Shown here: one piece after another, positions 26,197 through 41,576 of the stretch
How the letters are laid out: each line of letters opens with the position of its first letter
Numbering within the stretch: the stretch's first letter is position 1
Assembly (NCBI GenBank): GCA_964016885.1
Contig: OZ024745.1
Span: 101,308,001-101,372,000 of the forward strand
DNA length: 64,000 bases
Source of the DNA: Eledone cirrhosa
Taxonomy: Eukaryota
Direction of reading: 5' to 3'
The notes under the pieces: generated by a model
What the model was told of the DNA's origin: nothing
Database searches by the model: none
The model's input: the letters and a program-made list of their open reading frames with translations, nothing else
Program-made: the position numbers and the translations under genes

Positions 26197-27164
26197 TTCA
26201 TTACAATTCGCTGCTGTTATTTTTATCTTTCATTTTATTGGCTTTGAATTTCAAGGGCTTATGCACAGACAGTATGAATCTTGAGCAATGGTCGAAAGAA
26301 TACGATCGGGAATACAAGAGGCTGAAATAGGGTTTCCCTGAAGGATCTTTGGATTAATATTACTGAGTAACTCGGAGATCAGTAATTATTCTGTTTAAAT
26401 GTTTGACATCGGGTGGTGCTGATTTAAACTGGTGAGGTTGTGTGTGCTATACTGCCAAGCAGTAGAATAATATCATCACAAAACCAGGTCCCAATAGAAA
26501 CATTCTATTGCACAACATGATGTCTGAGGTAAGGATTTGGGGGAGATGTCTTAGCTCTAATACAGACATTTAGTTCATAATTGGCTCGGTTTTTAAGAAT
26601 GTAGTTTTTACGAGTTTGGAATCCCATGGTCTTGTCCACTAGATGCTTTGTTTATTGTTGGCTTTCTTTTCCGAGAGCATTGTTTACAGATTGGACACTT
26701 GATGGTTGCTTGTATGTGTTCTACAAATGTATATAGTGTTATATATGTTTAGTATAGGTGTATGTATATTTAGAGTGGTTATCCAAGGAGAATAAATTGG
26801 TTGGAGCAATAATGGTCTTGTTTACGTATAGTATATTGTTTATATTCTTAGTTTTCTCGTTAAAAGGAATGAACAACAATGAGAAAAAACATTTAGATGT
26901 TACTGAATATGTCTAGATTGGTGGTTAAAGATATTTCTGACCACACCTTTATTTCATTTCATTTTTCCTGTACATCTATAGTCTTTCCATCTCTCAGAAG
27001 ATTTTAACGTTTATTTAAATTCAATAATAAAATAAATACAATTGTCTATGAGCTGTACTAAATGAAATAATAATATCGAAACAAAATAGAATACTTAATT
27101 TTAAATAGATTTAAACCATTGCCCTCTGATACACTTTGAAGATTATTATAGATAAGAATGTCTA

Positions 27165-27998
27165 GTTTAGGCACAGAGCCAGCAATTCTGGAGGAGGGGA
27201 AAGTCGATTATATTGATCCCATTTCCCTACTGGTATTTTATTTAATTGACACCCAGTGGTTGAAAAGCAAAGTTGACCGAGACGGGATATGTACTCAGAC
27301 CGTAGAAAGTCGTAATTAAGTAGCGCAAAGCATTTTGTTCGACGCCATACCGATACTGCTACCCCAGGGGTAGTGGAAGCATTTCTGAATTGATGGGGGA
27401 TGGGTCAGTTCAGTTGTAGTGATTAGTTTAGCTGTTATTATCAAATATCAACCAAGACATTTAAAAAAAACAATTTCGATATGCGATAAACATAACATGT
27501 ACATAAATTGTAGTGCTTATACAAATAGATGCGTTTTGGTAGTTTGGTAATTGTTCCCCACCCAAACCTCAGTTCCACGGCCCATGAACCATAAAGTTTA
27601 CTATAGAAATGAGAGAAAAAAATTCATTAATACAATACAGAATAATTGTTTCTACTTTTGGAGCAAGGCCAGCAATCATCCCAGCGCATTACTGGTATTT
27701 TATCTTATCGATCACGTAAGGATGAAAGGCAAAGTTAACCTCGACGGGATTTGAACTCAGAATGGCAGGGGCCGTAACTCTATGCGTCAAAGCATGGTGT
27801 CCGACTAGAATAATTGTTTCTACTTTTGGCACAAGGCCAGCAATTACCCAGTGCATTGCTGGTACTTTCTTTTATCGACCGCGTAAGGATGAACGACAAA
27901 GTTAACCTCGGCGAGATTTGAACTCAGAATGGCAAGGGCCGTAACTCTATGTGTCAAAGCATGGCGTCCGACCCTCTACCGATACTGCCAATCCATCG
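27165..27998 (-). mobile_element. Three SINE copies plus a MITE (27365-27586)
   Basis: Family consensus at 27165, 27642 and 27810; duplicated gtgt.cgactagaataat at about 27797 and 28003. Confidence 0.8.
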
Positions 27999-28309
27999 CC
28001 CTGTGTTCGACTAGAATAATAAGCTTTGGTTAGTTTCGAACTTTTTCCCATTCCTTTACACTAAACAGTAAAGAGTGGTTAGAACTGCAGTAGAAGAAAA
28101 AAAAGTGTAAATTATTCTAATTTAAAAAGAGGAGAACAAGGAAAATTGTTTGACACGAGAATGATATAAAAACTACCATATTAATTTTCAATTATTCTCT
28201 CATTCTTTTTCAGTAATTTGTGTTTATGCTTTGTTTTTATGTTATGATTTTATTTATTGAGAGAAAGAGAAGGGGGAGAGAAAAGGGAGGAAGAGGGAGA
28301 GAAAGAAAG

Positions 28310-29335
<1,026 letters not shown>

Positions 29336-29925
29336 ATACTTGAAGTGTAGCCCATCGCTACTGGGCAATTTTCATCATAGACTGCCTAACTAAGTGTGTA
29401 TAATGGACCTGATGCAAAGTCAGGTCGTCGGAGACCAACCAAGCAACTCCACCAAATGTGTTTGGAGAAGAGGAGGATTTCTGGGCAGCTTGCGGAAGTA
29501 ACGCGTGAGATACGGTGGCTATCCTTTAATGTGCTTATATTTGTATATTTATATATTTATTGAAATCTGCAGTATTTGTAATCTCTAGCTATCTTGTTTT
29601 GTTTAGACAGTAGCTTTCATATCACACAAGTATTTATCACTATACAATCTAATGTATAGGCAATTAGATTTGCGCCCATATTTGTTTAACTCTCGCTCCG
29701 CTCAGCGCAAGTACGCACACAGACTTCTTGGTGTCACATATGGACGGCAAGCCTCCGAGTTACTGAAGTATCACTGTTGTCTCGTGGTTTATAATATATG
29801 TTAGTTTTTAGGCAAATAATCTATTTTGCTTGGTCGCTGCCAACATGTCTTTTTTTTTTTTTTTTTTTTCATGTAGTGACATGTCAGTTGATTGGTCACT
29901 GCCCCATTGTCTGATCTCTGAGATA

Positions 29926-30818
29926 CGAGGTGTGTCAGAAAAGTTCCAGGACTGATGTCACAAAAGATTTATTTCAAACCCAAATTTCACACTAAGAGTT
30001 TTCTCCTTCAAAGTAATCCCCCTGGAGTCTAGTGCACTTTTCCATCCTTTTCTGCCATGCTTGCATGCACTCCTGGAAGGATTCTTCCGGGATCCTCCGC
30101 AGTTCCGTCGTCACGGCCTTCTTTGATGTCGTCCACGTCTTCAAAACGGGTCCCCTCCGGGTCGTACTCGAAGATCCATGACTCATCACCGGTGATGACT
30201 GTCCCTAGCAAGTCTGGTTCGGTTTCAAGACACTCGAGGATGTCCTGGCACACTTGCTTGCGTCGACCCTTCTGGTCATCGTTCAGAAGTTTTGACACCA
30301 TCTTCGCGCAGACTTTCCGCATGTCCAAATCTTCAGTGAGAATCTTCCTGATGCTGTCCCGATTCATGCCCAGCTCATTTGCCATCAGTCGAACAGTCAG
30401 CCGACGATCGCTACGCACCATCTGCCTGACGCGCTCAACGTTGACCTCAGTCCTGGTTGTTGAGGGCCTTCCGCTCCTCGGGTCAACTTCCACGTCCTCG
30501 CGTCCTTCTTTAAACCTCTTGCACCACTCAAAAACGCGTGAGTGTAACATCGTCTCATCTCCATACACTTGCTGCAGCGTTGTTTTCCCCAACCGTACCA
30601 TAAACTTCAAATTTGTTCGTTGCTCTGTGCTCATTGCTTGACGACCTGAAACAGAGGACATGTATATAAAATTATGAAGAAAAAAGTTTGATCGCTGCAG
30701 AGAGCTAAGATTACAGTTACATACTCCAGAGGGATTACTTTGAAGGAGAAAACTCTTAGTTTGGGTTTGAAATAAATCTTTTGTGACATTAGTCCTGGAA
30801 CTTTTCTGACACACCTCG
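29926..30818 (-). mobile_element. Internally deleted mariner (Tc1/mariner) with extended TIRs
   Basis: TA flanks at 29924-25 and 30819-20; TIR cgaggtgtgtcagaaaagttccaggact..; HTH region VFEWCKRFKEGR..DPRSGRP, KVCAKMV, ITGDESWIFEYDPE fused to GTRF...GDYFEG; most of the DDD domain is missing. Confidence 0.92.
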
Positions 30819-30824
30819 TACATA

Positions 30825-31210
30825 ATATATCGAATAACGTTACTCCAAAGACTCTTCTGAGGAACCTCATTCCGGCCGCTTGTATACAGGATCGTATTCT
30901 TTAGGTAATTACGCAAGATTCATAACCATAGGTAATGGTTGGTGCGAATAATGAATAGAAGATAGTGTGTTCTGATGACCGAATACTGAAGATGGTGCAT
31001 TACTCCACTATCTCCTGCAATTCTTGCACTTAATTCAGCTTCCCACCTTCCCTCGCCCGTGAACACGGCCCTTTTCTTCCCCTGCTTCAGTGGAACTCCA
31101 TTCACATGTAGAGTGCACTGTGCATGGTTCCTTGAGAGGATGAGTGTCTCAGTTTTCGCAGGAGTGATTTTCATTCCAGCTATGCACCATTCGGCATCAA
31201 ACCTATCTAG
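30825..31210 (-). mobile_element. RTE-like LINE fragment next to the mariner
   Basis: GMKITPAKTETLIL..., MRFLRRVFGVTLFD. Confidence 0.7.
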
Positions 31211-31865
31211 ACCGTTACAGTTGTGTATAGCTTTTTAAAACTACATTAAGTAGAGGACATATATTTTATAATTTAGATGATTACAAGCCGTGAGTTAAGG
31301 GAAATATTCAAGGACGCTACCGGCAAGGATTTTGATTATTTAGGTTGGTGATGACGTACTGATATGAATATATGTTTATATCGACCCACAAAGTATACAC
31401 ACAAGTGTGTGTATATATATATATATGTGTGTAAAAGGTAAACAGAAATATCAAAGCAAACGACACAGTACGATGAAGAAATATATTAGTTTAACGCTTG
31501 AAATAATAGGAAAAGTGTCTCAACGTTTGGGATACTAGTCTTTCATTAGAATATAGAATGAGGAATAAAAGATGAAATAGAAAGGTAGAGAATGGAAAGA
31601 GGACGAAACAAACAAAAAATTAGAAAAAAAAACAAGCGTATTTTGGAGATATATATTTATGCGTGCATAAACATTAATGTGCACGTGTATGTATGTCTCA
31701 TATGTGCGGCTGTTAAGAGTACTTAGGTGTCGAGCAAGTAGAGAAAAGCAAGATAAAGTATTATATTGTATTACCATTTAATTTTTCTTGTCTCTACAGC
31801 TTGTTAGGCTACTACAACTCACTGAACTTGTTACCCTTTCTTCTAAATGCTCGTATGACAAACAT

Positions 31866-32363
<498 letters not shown>

Positions 32364-32366
32364 GTG

Positions 32367-32398
<32 letters not shown>

Positions 32399-32436
32399 TA
32401 TGTGTGTGTATATATATATATGTATATATATATGTG

Positions 32437-32537
<101 letters not shown>

Positions 32538-32542
32538 ATATA

Positions 32543-32992
32543 CTAGCAGAGGTACCCGGCGTTGCTCGGGTATTAAATACCAGTTGTGTATAACATTTAT
32601 GTCAATACTTCAGTGCTGCTTCGAAAACTATACTTTTACAAAATTATCGGCTTTTTCCAAAAGAGAGTTCCTACCCCTAGGGGTCCCCTACTCAATATAT
32701 GCCAATTCTGAGAGTTCACATTCATCTGTAGGACAAACGTAGCCCATGTGTCAAGTTTTGTAAAAATCGGTTGCGAACTCCAGAAGTTATGACGTTTTGT
32801 TGCATTGCACTGCAGTGCTTCAGTCGACTCCAAGGAAGTGATTAAAGGGGGTTATCTGCCGGGAGGCCCTATAATCAATATCTGGAAAAATGAAAGTGCC
32901 CACATAAGTAACCTATGTCTTAAGTTTGGTGAAAATACTGTAGAAATGCATAAGGTTTATACATACGCGCGCGCGTGTGCGTGCGTGCGTGC

Positions 32993-33085
<93 letters not shown>

Positions 33086-33680
33086 TGGGTGTGTATGTAT
33101 TTGTGTGTGCGTATGTATGTGTATATCCGTCGGGGCATACGTATGTACTGGCCTAAATCTTTACTATTTACTTTTACTATTTTAATAACCTCTGTCATTT
33201 TCGTTTTCAATTTTATTTACATCATTCTTAAACTCCGGGGCTGGAAATCATTCTGTTATTTTAAATAGAATATTAGTCTAACGACTCCATTTATACCATA
33301 AACTTGATTTTGTCTTTGCATGAAATTGTTCTTCTCGGTTCACATAACGACGTATTATCCTCGCTTTTTTTCCGTTCATTGCCAGGGAACGTCTTCACGA
33401 ACCAAAATATGGTCTTCCTGATTTCGTTCGGTTGCAACGTTTATCGAAATATTTACTTCTGCGTTCACAGATTACTCTCAGTTCAATTTGAATGGGAAAT
33501 TCCTGTTTCATCGATTTTCTCCGTAACCATGGAAGCTTGTAGCTTGAAAGTCGACCTAACGCCTCCTCGGGACATTCTGCATAACTGTGTAAATTTTCGA
33601 TACATTCCACCAAGCCGTTTTGCCGTTTATCTGACTACACCTACTTACTTACTTAAATATACAACGTCCGACCACTTCCA

Positions 33681-33690
<10 letters not shown>
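32543..33690 (-). mobile_element. Non-autonomous Helitron(s)
   Basis: rc 3' end cccgagcaacgccggg hairpin followed by CTAG|T at 32543; 5' boundary uncertain. Confidence 0.6.
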
Positions 33691-33738
<48 letters not shown>

Positions 33739-33948
33739 TTATGTGCATCTCATGGGAATGTGTGCGGATGATTATATATGGACTATATAAGCTTTTTATT
33801 CTTACTTTAATTCTTGTATTATTTATCACATATCCTCTATATGTATCCGTATATATCCGTATATGTATGTATGAGTCTGTGTACATGTGTGTGTGTATAT
33901 GGGTGTGTATATATATATGTATGTGTGTGTATATATATATATAATAGG

Positions 33949-34026
<78 letters not shown>

Positions 34027-34031
34027 ATTAG

Positions 34032-34098
34032 GGTTGACGGACCCGGCATATTTATCAATGCCAGTACCGGTTGTATCTCAGCGCACTCAATTGGCAAT
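34032..34098 (+). CDS. Candidate exon (G)[22 protein letters not shown], host gene
   Basis: tag acceptor right after (TA)n, GTAAGA donor, phase 2 to 0. Confidence 0.55.
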
Positions 34099-35409
34099 GT
34101 AAGATACATTACCAGAGTATACACATAGTTATTTGCCTCAACACAACACACGTAAAACGGGTGCCTATAAGGTTCCCGGTCTCGAGTTTCTGCAGCACTA
34201 ATGCAGCAGTAAGGTGCACTGCATCATCTGTCTGCATATATTATGCAACAGTGCACAATCGGCTTATGCGGCTTCATCAGCGGGTATCGCCTAATCAATA
34301 ACCAATCGATCGACTATATATATCATATTGCATATTATATTACATCGCATATTTTTTTATGTTACGGTAATTTACCGTTATTTTGTGGTATATTGTTTAT
34401 TGCATAATGTATTTTTAACTGTTCACTTACAGGTGTGTTTATATATGTATATGTGGTAGCACATGTGTGTGTAGGTAGATATGCATGCGTGCAGGTGTAT
34501 GCATGTGGCAACACGTATTCGTATGCATGTGTAAATGTATGTATATCGGCATATGCGTGGGTATTTGTATGTATATGTGTGGATGTGTTAAGTTGTCTCT
34601 TTTCTTTTGTGTGTATATATGTATATATATGTATATAAATATATATATATATGTGTGTGTATGTACGTGTGTAGGTAATGTTTATGTACGTATGTGTATT
34701 CGTATGTATGAGTGGACATGTGTGAGTACACATTTATATATGTATGTGTGTGTATGTATGTATATGTGTGTATATATATTTTGTGGTATATTGTGGCATA
34801 TATATATTTCGTTTCTGAATTTGTTTAGCAAGATTCTTTATCTGAAAACGTGTGTTGAAACCGATATTGTTATGCTTTGGGAGGGTCATGTTGCCAATAA
34901 GAAACACACGCACCAGTTGCTTTCACTCCAATTTATTATAAATTAAATTTATAAATTTAAGAATTTATAAATTTCTGGTTGGTTGGTTCCACAACCAGAC
35001 GATTGTTCATATATTGTCAAAGTTCTTTCGTCACACATTCTGTGACCTCTTCAGTGACTGGGGATTCTTTTCTTTGTTTTTGTGCCTCTCCTTTGTTCTG
35101 TCATACGCCATCTTGTTTATATATATATATATATATGCTCCTTCTACATGGAGTTGCGACCGATAGATAGTATTACCAATTGGAAAGACCAATGGAAACA
35201 TTAGATTGGTACTTTATCAACGCCTGACACCTAGAGGCAAAGTTGATCTCGATAGGATTTGAACTCAGAACATGAGTAAAGTATAAGTACTTGCTTTCAT
35301 TTCGATTAATTACAGACATATTAACTTTTCCTCACGCCAGATATTCTTTATTTTGAATTTTGTTCATCTACTTTTGTAAATTTTTCATATTTTTCTATAC
35401 ATTAGTTTA

Positions 35410-35642
35410 TCTTGAGGAAGATAAACAGAGGGAAGATAGGAACACCTACAAAACGTGTTCCTGGTGTTGAGGGTTGTTCTATCCACGGGGTGTAAAACAA
35501 CCCTGCAGTAACGTTCCCCCCTACTGGGGATTTCAATTGTTATTTTATTATATATAGTTTATTGTTATTTTTATGTAAACCCCCAACCGTCACGTCTTGT
35601 AATGTCCCATTTTTGTACGCCCCTGTGGCAAATAAAGAAAGA
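35410..35642 (+). mobile_element. 3' UTR remnant of an L1/Tx1 LINE
   Basis: cccccctactgggga.. and gcccctgtggcaaataaagaaa, as at 8690-8818. Confidence 0.65.
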
Positions 35643-36634
35643 TATCTATAATTTAGTTGATAGCCGGATGTATTGCTACTAACCAGCTGAATTGTGATTC
35701 TTAAATGCTACTATTTCGTGTCATGCTAGTCTTGATACAACAGACCAATGAACAAAGTTTGCGACCATCCGATTAAAAAAAAAACATTAGCGACACTGTT
35801 TCTAGGACTACAATGTCAAATGTGGTAAAAAAAAGGTTTTTTATTCGACAAATTTTAGTTAAATTGTATATTTATGACGGTAGGTTGTGATTTAAGATAG
35901 AAGTTTCTGCTGTTTCCAGCAAGTGGAACAGCTACCGTCTCATATGAAACCTAATGTAATACACTGAGGTTTTGTTTTATGAGAGTGAGGAATGTTTATG
36001 GCTGAAGAAAGAACTTTGAGACCATGCTATGATAACCTAGTCTACCATCCATGTGGATAGTGAATATTTGTTATAACATCTAGTAGTTGATGACTGCTTT
36101 GAAATTATGTAAAGTTCAATGAAAATATCATAAGTTTTCGTTTAAAATGTTGTAACGTCTTTGTCATGTTTAGCCTTAGTTCAATCTTGATCAAATAGAA
36201 CTATGATAAAAGGCATTTCAGCCGTGATCATCCAGTTCTGTTTTCAAGGCAGAGAAATACCTAAGACTATATTAATGTTTTTCTAATTTTTTTAGATTGG
36301 TATGGACGTTTATAAAGTTGGACTACTATTTCTAGCAGGTGGCTGAACGATGTAGAGGCTACCCCGTTGAATCGTCATATATATGTAAAGATGTAGAAAA
36401 TTGTATATTTTCAGCAAGTAAATAAGAAATCTTACATTTTATGACTTCAAAACAAAGGCTATATCTTAGAGGTTTCTTGCACTATCTCTCTCCCTCATCT
36501 ATAAACATAAATATACCTTTCTATTGTTATATATCTATTTGTTAGTCTATCACTCTAGGTTCTTGTTCTTAGCATCGATATTATAGTTTCATAAGTAATA
36601 TTTTTTTTTTGCTGGCCATTGTAGCTGGTATATA

Positions 36635-37293
36635 ATGGTTTCTACTAGAGGCACAAGGCCAGAAATTTTGGGGGAGGGGAAGTCGATTAAATTGACCCCA
36701 GTACATTATTGGTGCTTTGTTTTATCGATCTCGTAAGGATGAAAGGCGAAGCTAACCACGGCGGGATTTGAGATCAGAACGTAAAGGGACATAACTCTAT
36801 GTTGCAAAGCATGGTGTCCGACGCTCTACGATACTGCCAATCTACCTCCCTAATAATAATAATAATAATGATTTCTTTATTGGCCACAAGGGCTGACATC
36901 AAGAAAAACATTACAGATGGCACAGGACGGTACAGGACGGTACGATGTGGGTTTTGTGCGTGTAAATATTTTTATTATTTATGTAAGAAAAGAAAAAAAA
37001 AGGACATAGAAACATATATATATATATAAAAACAATAAAAATGAAAATTGAAACAATGAAAAATTCCCCAATAGGGGAAACCTCCGAGGGTTACTCGTGG
37101 CGAAAACCACACAAAAGACCACGGCCACCCTGACCACCAGGGCAAGCGCCCTCTCTCAATCCCTCCATCTCTCAAACTACAGGCTACATTCAAACTCAAA
37201 CTCAAGCTACATTCACCCACCTTTCAACAAACTTGCTAGAAGGCAGCACTTGCCTCTCCACCCTGATTTTCCTCTTCAAGTGAAACTTGAAAA

Positions 37294-37360
<67 letters not shown>

Positions 37361-37441
37361 CTGAGGCTGCAGGTAGTGGCTTGATATTCATTTCAACAAA
37401 CTTTCCAGTTAAATAGCATCAATGACTGAGACTCAAAGAAC

Positions 37442-37503
<62 letters not shown>

Positions 37504-38340
37504 TAATTCATTGGCCACAAGGGCCGACATATAGAGGACAATAGACGGGTACAGTGGAGATTTTACACAAAAATCGAGTAAAAAATAAGAGAACAATAAC
37601 AATAAACAACAAAAATACAACAATGAAATTCCCCAATAGAGGGGATAACCACCCAAGGTTGACTCAGGTACCTCACACGGGCCACTCTCGCCACGTTCAC
37701 CCACCTTTCAGCAAATGTACTGGGAGGGGAGGGGCAGAACTTCTCTCCCCACCCTCACCTTCCTTTCCAAGTGAAATTTGAAAAATTTGATGAGGGATTG
37801 GCCGAAGAGAAAAGTGTCTGTCTTCAGTCCTTTCAAGCTGGTCCACAATACAACCCCTTTCATAACAGCCACAAGACAGGAACATGCCTGCCCTTCCTGG
37901 CCAAAAGAAGGCTATAATAATAATAATTGTTTCTACTTTAGGCAAAAGGCCAGCAATTACCCAGTGCATTACTGGTACTTTATTTTATCGACCCCGTAAG
38001 GATGAAAGGCAAAGTCAACCTCGGCGGGATTTGAACTCATATCGTAAAGAGACGTATCTATGCAGGAAAGCATGGCGTCCGACCCTCTACCGATACTGCC
38101 AATCCACCGCTATAATAATAATAATGATGATTTCTACTATAGGCACAAGGCCAGCAATTATGGGGGAGGCGAAAGTCGATTAAATCGACCCCAGTGCATG
38201 ACTGGTGCTTTATTTTATCGATTCCGTAAGGGTGAAAGGCAAAACTAACCTCAGTGGGATTTGAACTCAGAACATAAAGGGCCGTAACAATATGCCACAA
38301 AGCATGGTGTACGATGCTTTACCGATACTACCAATCCACC
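36635..38340 (-). mobile_element. Stack of SINE, two L1/Tx1 3' fragments (36870-37297, 37505-37905) and two more SINEs, separated by (AAT)n
   Basis: LINE tails rc gcccttgtggccaat(a/g)aa, coding remnants similar to the 8.4-8.6 kb C-terminus; SINE consensus at 36635, 37922 and 38125. Confidence 0.8.
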
Positions 38341-38745
38341 AATAATAGTAAATATGTAATCTTGCACCGGAATGTCTTGTATTTAGTTGGGATAAGAGTG
38401 TTTTTGTATAATTTCATTGTTTTGAAAAACAAAACCAAAACAAACAAGTTTCAGCACTGAATTACTTTTTACTATGTAGCAGCTAGAAATGTAAAAATAT
38501 TAAGGATTAAATAATTTTTTTTAAATTATGAACTCCCTCTCAGCTTTTGTTGTTGTTGTAACTAGAGTATGGTTGTAGACATAAAGGAAAAACAGCTTTA
38601 AACATAAATACGATTTGATATCTTTTTAATAAATAAATCGAAATATTTATGTGTGTGTGTGTGTGAATACACACAAATATATATATATCAATAATATTAA
38701 TAAATGGAAGCTATCTTTATAAAAACATATTTATTTTATTACATA

Positions 38746-39338
38746 CTAGCAGTGGTACCCGGCGTTGCACGGGATAAGGTATTGTGAAATATATAACCGC
38801 CTTAGCTAAGCTTAGTATTGCCACAACCACGGCTGGCAAAGAAGTAAGGGTCTGGTGGTACCTAAGTAAGCAACACTGTGGCTTAAAACGTGAGGAAGAA
38901 GTTGTGTGCACTTCCCAGCTGTTTGGGGAATGAGTGTAAGATTTGTCTTGAGAAAGGGTGGCGGAATAACCGGAGGCAGCAGACAGCCAGACATACAGAC
39001 AGATATTACAAGAGGGCGCGTTTTGGATGCAGACCGAATTGTAGGAAGTGACGTAATGCAGACAGCCAGACATACAAACAGATATTATAAGGGCGCGACG
39101 TTATATGTATGTATCTATCTAAAAAGAGAAAGTCTAAGAATTATAGAGAGAGATAGCTAAATCGCCTAATGCGGTCCCTAGGGTATTGAAAATTTGAAAT
39201 CTTTTTGCTCAGAAAACTCCCTGAAACATAAGTATTACATGTATAAAGTTTGAAAACAGTCGGCTGGGTGCTTCTCTAGTTTTAGGGATTCAAACTCACA
39301 CACACACAGACAGACATCCTCAGTTTTATATATATAGA
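38746..39338 (-). mobile_element. Complete non-autonomous Helitron
   Basis: 5' TCTATATATATAAAAC (rc of 39323-39338); 3' cccgtgcaacgccggg hairpin plus CTAG; a second CTAG end abuts at 39339. Confidence 0.75.
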
Positions 39339-39849
39339 CTAGCAGAAAACCACCCGGAGGGCGGTTTTCTGCTAGCAAATCTAGTGTATATACTAATATT
39401 GTTGAGATTTGGATGAGAAATTGAACAAATCAAACGTATTAATTAAATCCCGCAGCTCCAGACTGAGGTTATGGAACTGCGCAATCTGATTAATAAATTA
39501 CCTCATCAGCAGCAACCTTCTTCAAATGGTCCTTATTATCAGCAGCAACAACCACAAATTCAATGGCAACCTTCTTCAAATGGTCCTTGGCATGGTGTCA
39601 GGTCAGAACCGCCTCGAACTGGTTACTTCTGGCTCGTGCAAGGTGTCTCTATAGCAACCAGCGATTCCCTCGGCCTCAGTGACCAAAGTCAGTGGAGAGG
39701 GGAAGGTAATGTTTCTATAGCGACAGTGTTTCTCTTGGTAGTACCAAAGTGGAGAAAGGAAGGGGAAGGTAATATTTCTGTAGCACCTACATTTGAGTTT
39801 TAGGGACGGACAGACAGACAGACAGACAAACAGAGAAATGCCCATATAT

Positions 39850-39899
39850 TTCTGTGTGTGTATATATATATTACACACACAGAAATGTATATATATTTC

Positions 39900-39958
<59 letters not shown>

Positions 39959-39984
39959 CACACACAGAAATGTATATATATTTC

Positions 39985-40033
<49 letters not shown>

Positions 40034-40723
40034 CAGACACAGAAATGTATATATATTTCTGTGTGTATATATATATATATTACACACACAGAAATGTATA
40101 TATATTTCTCTGTGTATATATATATATTTCTGTGTGTGTATATATATATATATTACACACACAGAAATGTATATATATTTCTGTGTGTATATATATATAT
40201 TACACACACAGAAATGTATATATATTTCTTAGAACAAAATTATTATTAATGTTTTGCTGTTCGTAACAATTGGAATTGAAAAATTGCTTTTGAAATTATT
40301 AGTTATTTTACTAATGCTTAGATATGTAAAAATGAAGCAATGTTTCTAATAATTGTTTCTACTTTTGGCACAAGGCTAGCTATTACCAAGTACATTACTG
40401 GTACTTTATTTTATCGACCCCGTGAGGATGAAAGGCAAAGTTAACCTCGGCGGTATTTGAACTCAGACCATAAAGGGACGTAACTCCATGCTATGAAGCA
40501 TGGTGTCCGACTCTCTACAGATTCTGCCAATCCACCGCCCTAATGTCTGTACGTAATGAAGGAGTGAGAGGGGAGAGAAAGAAAGGCAGAGGTGAAGTGA
40601 CGAAGTGACTCTCTCCTCCTCCTCCTCCATCTCCCATTTGTCACAGCGATAGAGGGGAGGAATGTTAGTGAGTTACAAAGAGAAAGAGTGAGAGAAACAG
40701 ACAGACTAAAAGAGAGGGATAGC

Positions 40724-40778
<55 letters not shown>

Positions 40779-40901
40779 CAACAGATACAGTACAGTAGCT
40801 AAGGGATGTATATATATTTCTGTGTGTATATATATATACATTTCTGTGTGTGTAATATATATATATATACACACAGAAATATATATACATTTCTGTGTGT
40901 G

Positions 40902-40960
<59 letters not shown>

Positions 40961-40976
40961 AATATATATATATTTC

Positions 40977-41025
<49 letters not shown>

Positions 41026-41105
41026 ACACAGAAATATATATATATTTCTGTGTGTGTATATATATATATATATTACACACACACAGAAATGTATATATGT
41101 TTCTG
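39850..41105. repeat. Two clusters of a palindromic minisatellite unit with (TA)n spacers, around a SINE (40348-40538)
   Basis: acacagaaatgtatatatatttctgtgt repeated; 40805-40900 units are in the opposite orientation. Confidence 0.8.
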
Positions 41106-41314
41106 TAGCACTCCTCAATTCCCCCCCCCCCCTCTCCCTCCCGCTATCCCCCTCTTGTAGTCTGTCTCTTTCTTTCACTCTCACTCTCTCTCTACGCGTG
41201 CGCAAAAAACATTAGCACACGCGCACGTGTTTCCACTATCGGACAGACAGACAGAGAAATTGCTGGTTATATATTATAAGGAAATTATTTATATATTATT
41301 ATATATTATTATTA

Positions 41315-41498
41315 GTGGATTGTCAGTATCGGTAGAGAGTCGGACGCCATGCTTTCCAGCATAGTTACGTCCCTTTACGGACTGAGTTCAAATCCCGCCG
41401 AGGTTAACTTTGCCTTTCATCTTTTCGGGGTCGATAAAATAAAGTAACAGTAATGTACTGGGTAATTGCTGGCCTTGTGCCAAAAGTAGAAACAATTA
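41315..41498 (+). mobile_element. tRNA-derived SINE copy
   Basis: Family consensus. Confidence 0.85.
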
Positions 41499-41515
41499 TT
41501 ATATATTTTATTATA

Positions 41516-41576
41516 TATTTCATTGTATATATTTCAAGGGTACTAAAATTTTGGTACGCACTCATCAGATAAAATA
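41516..41576 (-). ncRNA. Degenerate family A hammerhead
   Basis: rc: UAUUUUAU-CUGAUGA-GUGcGUAC..GUACcCUU-GAAA-UAUAUA-CA-AUGAAAUA; U16.1 changed to C. Confidence 0.55.

Noticed and set aside
39471-39803. Q/P-rich 110-aa ORF
   Set aside because: Built from short internal duplications inside a Helitron-like segment; no recognisable domain
39850-40230. Repeat-spacer pattern resembling a CRISPR array
   Set aside because: Spacers are only (TA)n, there are no cas genes, and the context is eukaryotic
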